From a bacterium (GTDB lineage: Bacteria > Hydrothermota > Tepidihabitantia > B3-TA06), in NCBI GenBank assembly GCA_012517375.1, contig JAAYVC010000097.1:1-63345 (forward strand): a stretch of 63,345 bases of DNA, read 5' to 3'. The notes under the pieces are model-generated. The model was given only the letters and a program-made list of their open reading frames with translations, did not search any database and had not been told where the DNA came from. The translations under genes were made by a program, and so were the position numbers. This document shows, in pieces, positions 58,676 through 63,345 of the stretch. How positions within the stretch are numbered: the first letter of the stretch is position 1; each line of letters starts with the position of its first letter.

Positions 58676-60010
58676 CTACTTTCCTATGCAAAATCGGGAA
58701 AATATATCCCGAAGAATATCTGCGTCAACATCCGGTCGTTCCGCTCCAGACATCATGACCATCGCTTCCTTCAACAGATTCGACCGCATATCGGGATACT
58801 GCGCATCTAGGGCATCGTTCAGTAGTTCGTAAAGCTTCTTGAGCTGGTTTTCCTGGTGCTGGTTTGCAAAGAAAATCTCTCCCTGAGAGTCAACCTCCTG
58901 CTTGAGCTTCTCAAGCAGCAAATCAAGGTTATTCCTTTTTAAAGCCGATATTGATAGCGGTTCACCTGCAATATCCGGAATGTTCGGGATGGTTTTAACG
59001 GAGTCTATCTTGTTCCAGACGATGATTCCTGGTTTCTCGCGCAGTATCTTAAGAAGCTCGCCGTCCGCAGGGACAAACCCCGAAACTGCATCCAGGACAA
59101 TAATGACGAAATCAGCCCTGTTGGCGGCGCCAATGGCGCGCTTGACAGCGAGTTTGTCGGGCAGGGATTCGGCGACGCCTATGCCTGCGCCGTCGTAAAG
59201 CCTTAGCTGGCCCGCCGTGAGACGAATGGTACCCGTAACAATGTCCCTGGTAGTACCCGGCACCGATGTCACAATTGAGCGGTCCTCGCCTAGCAAAGCG
59301 TTGAATAGAGTAGATTTTCCTACGTTCGGTCTGCCCACAAGCATGACATTGAGACCCTTACCGCGACTGCGGCCTCTCCTGAAGGCGGAAGCGAGATTCT
59401 CAACCTCAGTCCTTAACTCGGAAAGTTCCAGGGTGATTGATGAGGTTGGAACGTCTTCCTCGGGAAATTCAAGCTGCGCTTCCAGCGAGATCACAAGATT
59501 CTTCAGCTTCGCAGATACGCCCGAAAGCTGGCTTGAGAGATTGCCCTGCAGCTGGCGCATGGCTGCCGAAACGCCCTCCTCGGTCTCTGATTCCACGGCT
59601 GCAAGCACAGCTTCGGCCTGAGTCACGTCAATCCTGCCGTAGAGATAGGCGCGTTCGGTAAACTCGCCCGGTGTGGCCAGACGAGCGCCGTTCTTGATGA
59701 GAAGTTCAGTTACTCTGTCTACTATAAGAGGGTTACCGTGAAGACTGAATTCCACGATGTCCTCGGTTGTATAGCTGTGCGGAGCCTTGTAAACGCCGGC
59801 AATTACTTCGTCTATTATCGAATCCCCGCTCATTATATAACCCTTGACCAGGCTGTTTCCTTTGGCGTCGGTAAGACGCTTTTCTCCCCTGAATATCTGG
59901 TCGCAAAGACGAAGAGTTTGAGAGCCCGATACCCTTACAAGTGCCAATGCGCCGCGACCGGGCGGCGTCGACGGAGCTACAATGACATCTTGAAGACGAT
60001 CGAGTATCAT
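58676..60010 (-). CDS. mnmE: tRNA modification GTPase MnmE
   Basis: 444 aa. G1 GRPNVGKST, DTAG-like YDGAGI, C-terminal FCIGK. Confidence 0.95.
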   Translation of the reverse strand: MILDRLQDVIVAPSTPPGRGALALVRVSGSQTLRLCDQIFRGEKRLTDAKGNSLVKGYIMSGDSIIDEVIAGVYKAPHSYTTEDIVEFSLHGNPLIVDRVTELLIKNGARLATPGEFTERAYLYGRIDVTQAEAVLAAVESETEEGVSAAMRQLQGNLSSQLSGVSAKLKNLVISLEAQLEFPEEDVPTSSITLELSELRTEVENLASAFRRGRSRGKGLNVMLVGRPNVGKSTLFNALLGEDRSIVTSVPGTTRDIVTGTIRLTAGQLRLYDGAGIGVAESLPDKLAVKRAIGAANRADFVIIVLDAVSGFVPADGELLKILREKPGIIVWNKIDSVKTIPNIPDIAGEPLSISALKRNNLDLLLEKLKQEVDSQGEIFFANQHQENQLKKLYELLNDALDAQYPDMRSNLLKEAMVMMSGAERPDVDADILRDIFSRFCIGK

Positions 60011-60492
60011 TACCTTGGCGCAATTATCACGTTCTTGCGGTATCCGGAACCTACCGTGTGTATCCTTACCTTCCCTTGCTCCATCAATGCCTCCTTGACG
60101 ATTTTGTACTCCTTTTCCGTCAAGGGATCAAGCGACATCTCCCTCTTGGTTTCGATTACTACCCGGGCTATTGCAAGGGCTTTTCTCTTAAGAAAATCCT
60201 CGCGCCGGCGTTTATAGCCTCCCACGTCGATTGTGACGTTTGGTATGTTCACGCCCGGATGACGGTGTTGTAGTATTGACTGCACAACAAGCTGCAATGA
60301 GCGCAAGGTCTCACCGGAACGTCCAATCAACAGACCGTCGGATCGTTTTGAGCGAACGTTGGCATACAACTCGCCGCTCGTACGCCTTTCCCACTCGACC
60401 CTGGCTCGGAAGCCTGCAAGCCTGGTTACCTGCGAGAGGATTTCTGCAAGCTCGTTGCCGAGGGTGTCGTTTCCGGTTTCTTGCTCTGCCAT
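60010..60492 (-). CDS. jag: Jag/KhpB-like RNA-binding protein (KH + R3H)
   Basis: 160 aa with a conserved position between yidC and mnmE. LIGRSGETLRSLQ (KH-like). Confidence 0.75.
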   Translation of the reverse strand: MAEQETGNDTLGNELAEILSQVTRLAGFRARVEWERRTSGELYANVRSKRSDGLLIGRSGETLRSLQLVVQSILQHRHPGVNIPNVTIDVGGYKRRREDFLKRKALAIARVVIETKREMSLDPLTEKEYKIVKEALMEQGKVRIHTVGSGYRKNVIIAPR

Positions 60493-62183
60493 TGTACTCC
60501 TCCTTGTGCTCCTCTCCTGAATATCCAGTATTCAAGCAGGGAGAGAAGGTTAAAAACCAGCCAATACAACTGAAGCCCTGAAGGGAAATTGAGGAAGACG
60601 AACGCGATCACTATAGGGAAGATGATAGCGGTTGTGCGCTGCCGGGGATCGACGTTGCTCAAAAGACTCTGGAAGATTGAAGCCACGCTCATGAGAACGG
60701 GAAGGATAAAGAACGGGTCTCGCTGCGACAAATCGGTGAGCCAGGTTAGATTTCCTGTCGGGATGTGAATGAAAAGAAAGTCGAACGGTTTGTTGATGTG
60801 GATGGTAAAAAGATTAACGAAAGCCGCCCCGCGCAGGGAAACCGCGGTTCTCAGAACCGCATAAAGCCCGAAGAATACAGGCATCTGTATGAGTAGCGGC
60901 AGACATCCGCCAAGGGGCGAAGCCTTGTGATCGCGGTACATCCTCATCGTCTCTTCGTTAAGGCGCTTGGGGTCGTCCTTGAAACGCTCCTGCAGCTCCT
61001 TAAGCTTGGGCTGAAGCATCTGCATCTTCTGCATGGAACGCTGCTGGCTCCGTGAAAGAGGAAGGAAGACAAGCTTTATGAGAAGGGCAAAAATGATTAT
61101 GGCTGCGCCGTAATTCCTGATTATGCGGTACAGGAACTCGAAAATCTCAAGCATACCGATGCTCAGCCACCTGTATGTTATGCCTCCAAGCTCCACTATC
61201 CTGCCCAAACGGTGCCCCATCTTGGATAGCGCCTTGTAGTCCAGGGGACCGAAATAAAGCCTGAAGGATCCGGCATCGCTTACGCCGAATTCAAGACCTA
61301 TCCTCTGATCCGGTCTCGCAACAGGAGCAATCCCCGCGTTTACAGGCCTATCGGGGATAACGATTGTTGAAAAATACTTTCCTCTAATCGCAATCCATTC
61401 GTACGGACCCTGGACTATCTCCTTTTTCCCTTCAACTATCTTTCTCGCACCGCCGATGTTGAACCACTCCGGATTCTTGCCTGCAGGTCTGTAGTAGATT
61501 TGATGAAGGGTTACTTCGGATTTATCCATGGGTTCGGTTAGCTTTATCCCGTCCTCGCAGAAGAACTTGAACCCCGCAAGCGTATCGCTTGCATTAATCT
61601 TGAACTCGTACCCGTCAAGCGTCAATTCTACCCTTTGAACCGCTCCAAGACTGTCCGTCCAGACCAGCGCAACTGTAGAATCGTTAGTGACGATAGTTTC
61701 GAGCCGGCCGAAATCCCTTGCTAGTGTCGCTGAATCGGACGGCGAGACCTCGAATCCCGCGTGAACGGCTGCCTTGAATCTCGCACCCTCCGGGATACTG
61801 GCCTCTATATCGTCATCCCATGTTCCAAGATACCTGCCGGTCGAATCGAAGAATCGCGTCGCCTCAAGAAGATGCACCGGAACCTGTTCGGTAGTGGAGG
61901 CGGTCTTGTTCATCTTGAAGTTCTTTAACTCTACCTGGTCAATCCTGAATCCGTAATAGGAATCCCAGCTCATGATTCTTGCCTTCATCTTGCTGTTTTC
62001 GACGACGAGAGGCTTCAGGAGATTCTTGCTCTCGGTGAGCTGTACGTTCTCTGCCGGGGATGAGACCTGCTGCTGATTACCCATCTGGCATCCGCCTGAA
62101 TTTTTCCCGAAGATGTTGAGAAGTATTATCAATCCGGCAACGATTACTACTATAAGAATCGTCGAGAGCATATTATCTTTCAT
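60426..62183 (-). CDS. yidC: membrane protein insertase YidC
   Basis: 585 aa. N-terminal TM, a large periplasmic domain, and a C-terminal 60-kDa-IMP core (MQKMQMLQPKLKELQERFKDDP..., GCLPLLIQMPVFFGLY). Confidence 0.95.
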   Translation of the reverse strand: MKDNMLSTILIVVIVAGLIILLNIFGKNSGGCQMGNQQQVSSPAENVQLTESKNLLKPLVVENSKMKARIMSWDSYYGFRIDQVELKNFKMNKTASTTEQVPVHLLEATRFFDSTGRYLGTWDDDIEASIPEGARFKAAVHAGFEVSPSDSATLARDFGRLETIVTNDSTVALVWTDSLGAVQRVELTLDGYEFKINASDTLAGFKFFCEDGIKLTEPMDKSEVTLHQIYYRPAGKNPEWFNIGGARKIVEGKKEIVQGPYEWIAIRGKYFSTIVIPDRPVNAGIAPVARPDQRIGLEFGVSDAGSFRLYFGPLDYKALSKMGHRLGRIVELGGITYRWLSIGMLEIFEFLYRIIRNYGAAIIIFALLIKLVFLPLSRSQQRSMQKMQMLQPKLKELQERFKDDPKRLNEETMRMYRDHKASPLGGCLPLLIQMPVFFGLYAVLRTAVSLRGAAFVNLFTIHINKPFDFLFIHIPTGNLTWLTDLSQRDPFFILPVLMSVASIFQSLLSNVDPRQRTTAIIFPIVIAFVFLNFPSGLQLYWLVFNLLSLLEYWIFRRGAQGGVQWQSKKPETTPSATSLQKSSRR

Positions 62184-62187
62184 TCTA

Positions 62188-62427
62188 TTACCTCACAGGG
62201 TCGTATCCACCGGCATTCCATGGATTACACCGCAGCACACGCCATACTGCCATGGCTGTGCCTTTGAAAATTCCGTGTTTTTCTATAGCTTCTATAGCGT
62301 ACATCGAACAGGTTGGCTCAAATCTGCACACTCGCGGCGCTCCTGCAAAAACTATCTGGTAGGCTTTGATAGGCAGAATAAAAACCGTGCGCACCAGGCG
62401 TCTTGCAGGATGCAAGCTATCCAACAA
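62188..62427 (-). CDS. yidD: membrane protein insertion efficiency factor YidD
   Basis: 79 aa. [19 protein letters not shown] signature. Confidence 0.9.
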   Translation of the reverse strand: MLDSLHPARRLVRTVFILPIKAYQIVFAGAPRVCRFEPTCSMYAIEAIEKHGIFKGTAMAVWRVLRCNPWNAGGYDPVR

Positions 62428-62761
62428 TGCTACCTGCCATCATTTTAGCCGCTAGCTTAAAATCCTTGCAGAGTTCCTCCCACCCCGATCTCTCCTTTAA
62501 GCGGAAAATGGCGCACGCTTTGGGAAACTCCGGTTTATTGCGCCTGTAAATCTCCCTCATGCGTCTCTTCAATCCGTTTCTTAATACGGCAGAACCGACC
62601 CTCCTGGGCACATGAAAGGCAACCTTTGCATGATCGCCTGGCATGAAGTGTACCCGAAGAAACCTTGTTTTTAGAGGTCTCACCCCCAGAAGCTCTCTTG
62701 TTTCTTTTTCTCCTCTGATTATATCGCGGCGCTTAAGAGTCTCCTGATGCACCTTCTTCAA
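62417..62761 (-). CDS. rnpA: ribonuclease P protein component
   Basis: 114 aa, basic. [16 protein letters not shown] (RNR-like motif). Sits between rpmH and yidD. Confidence 0.9.
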   Translation of the reverse strand: MKKVHQETLKRRDIIRGEKETRELLGVRPLKTRFLRVHFMPGDHAKVAFHVPRRVGSAVLRNGLKRRMREIYRRNKPEFPKACAIFRLKERSGWEELCKDFKLAAKMMAGSIVG

Positions 62762-62771
62762 TAATTAACTC

Positions 62772-62909
62772 CTAAACCGAGAGGCGCTTGCGACCCTTGG
62801 CGCGGCGGCGTTTAAGAACCTCGCGACCGTCGGCTGTTGCCATACGTTTACGGAAGCCGTGGGTGCGCTTGCGCTTCAGGTTACTTGGTTGAAAAGTCCT
62901 TTTAGGCAT
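62772..62909 (-). CDS. rpmH: 50S ribosomal protein L34
   Basis: Not in the ORF track because it is under 60 aa. Hand translation gives [45 protein letters not shown] (45 aa). RBS AAGGAG. Confidence 0.95.
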   Translation of the reverse strand: MPKRTFQPSNLKRKRTHGFRKRMATADGREVLKRRRAKGRKRLSV

Positions 62910-62928
62910 TTACTTACTCCTTTTTTGA

Positions 62929-62956
62929 ATTATAGCACGAAATAACTCAAAGTCAA
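62929..62956 (-). promoter_or_regulatory. rpmH operon promoter
   Basis: On the minus strand: TTGACT (62956-62951), a 16-nt spacer, TATAAT (62934-62929). Confidence 0.6.
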
Positions 62957-63169
62957 ACAGACAGAAAAGACCTCTAAATCAGCCCCTTTGAAGCGCCTTT
63001 TTTGCAATCTCGCATAAAAACAAACATAAAATTCTTATGCGAGATTGCCTTTGAGTCTTGCTTGCTGAATTTGTGTTGATTTCTTTTTTGACTAAACTCG
63101 AATATATCTTTCAAAGGTAATTCGAGTATCTGCGGATTTTTTACTGCAGGTAAAAAAGAGCATTTGAAA

Positions 63170-63231
63170 GCCGACGAGTGGATTCGAACCACCGACCTAC
63201 GCTTTACGAAAGCGTTGCTCCCTGACCAAGT
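63170..63231 (-). tRNA. 5'-truncated tRNA-Thr(CGU) copy (D-loop to 3' end only)
   Basis: The minus strand reads ACTTGGTCAGGGAGCA-ACGCT-TTCGTAA-AGCGT-AGGTC-GGTGG-TTCGAAT-CCACT-CGTCGGC. The anticodon arm, T-arm and 3' acceptor strand are intact. No 5' acceptor strand (GCCGACG) or 5' D-stem (GCTC) lies upstream. Confidence 0.7.
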
Positions 63232-63345
63232 CGAAGTTTTGATACAAGCAACCCAAAAACTCAATAAGACCCTCGCTTCGCTTGAAGCTGGGGGTTTTGC
63301 GTATGCTGACAACGCATGCGCCGGAGGACATAATGCCCAGAAAAG

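Noticed and set aside
62910-63169. Chromosomal replication origin next to rpmH
   Set aside because: The rpmH-rnpA-yidC-jag-mnmE cluster is often origin-proximal and the spacer is AT-rich. However, I found no TTATCCACA-type DnaA boxes and no dnaA gene. Instead the region ends in a tRNA fragment.
62974-63312. 112-aa minus-strand ORF
   Set aside because: It reads straight through the tRNA-like fragment and the AT-rich intergenic spacer. There is no RBS and no family resemblance.
1-63345. CRISPR arrays, rRNA genes and complete tRNA genes
   Set aside because: I could not find any regularly spaced 25-40-bp repeats with unique spacers, rRNA-like stretches, or any full cloverleaf. The only tRNA-like sequence is the truncated copy at 63170-63231.

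Overview
The window is a 63.3-kb chromosomal segment of a moderately GC-rich bacterium. Many secreted proteins end in FlgD-Ig/T9SS-type C-terminal sorting domains, which suggests an uncultivated member of the FCB-type lineages; that placement is inference only. All calls come from reading motifs by eye, with no searches run. The window has three parts. (1) 1-23.1 kb holds housekeeping and accessory genes: a 5'-nucleotidase, two radical-SAM enzymes, an alpha/beta hydrolase, a two-lobed retropepsin-like protease, an MFS transporter, a GNAT, an M24 peptidase, accB-accC, a tandem array of four secreted Cys-rich paralogues (the fourth decayed), lexA with a palindromic operator, a histidine ammonia-lyase with an unusual Ala-Cys-Gly cofactor triad, and more T9SS cargo proteins. 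(2) About 23.1-47.9 kb is a myovirus-type prophage-like element. Its minus-strand late module is complete, running from lambda D/E-like head genes through sheath, tube, chaperone with -1 frameshift, tape measure and baseplate to the fibres. An S24 repressor switch, a Gam-like early gene and a Mu-type portal sit on the plus strand. I could not recognise any terminase, integrase/transposase, prohead protease or endolysin. The element also carries morons: an RHH gene inside the tail module, a three-gene lipoprotein operon, and at its right edge a very AT-rich Fic (AMPylase-type) gene with an apparently leaderless promoter. (3) 49.5-63.3 kb is core genome: TolB-like, glyQS, HD, sufS/sufU-like, DUF177, ptsN-like, mnmE-jag-yidC-yidD-rnpA-rpmH. 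It ends with a 5'-truncated tRNA-Thr copy that looks like an att scar. The best candidates for something new are the rearranged prophage and its cargo (Fic island, RHH moron, lipoprotein trio), a domain shared between the sheath and a neck protein, the Cys-variant MIO lyase, the Cys-rich paralogue family, and the 11-bp phased iterons at the left edge. None of these can be proven from sequence alone.
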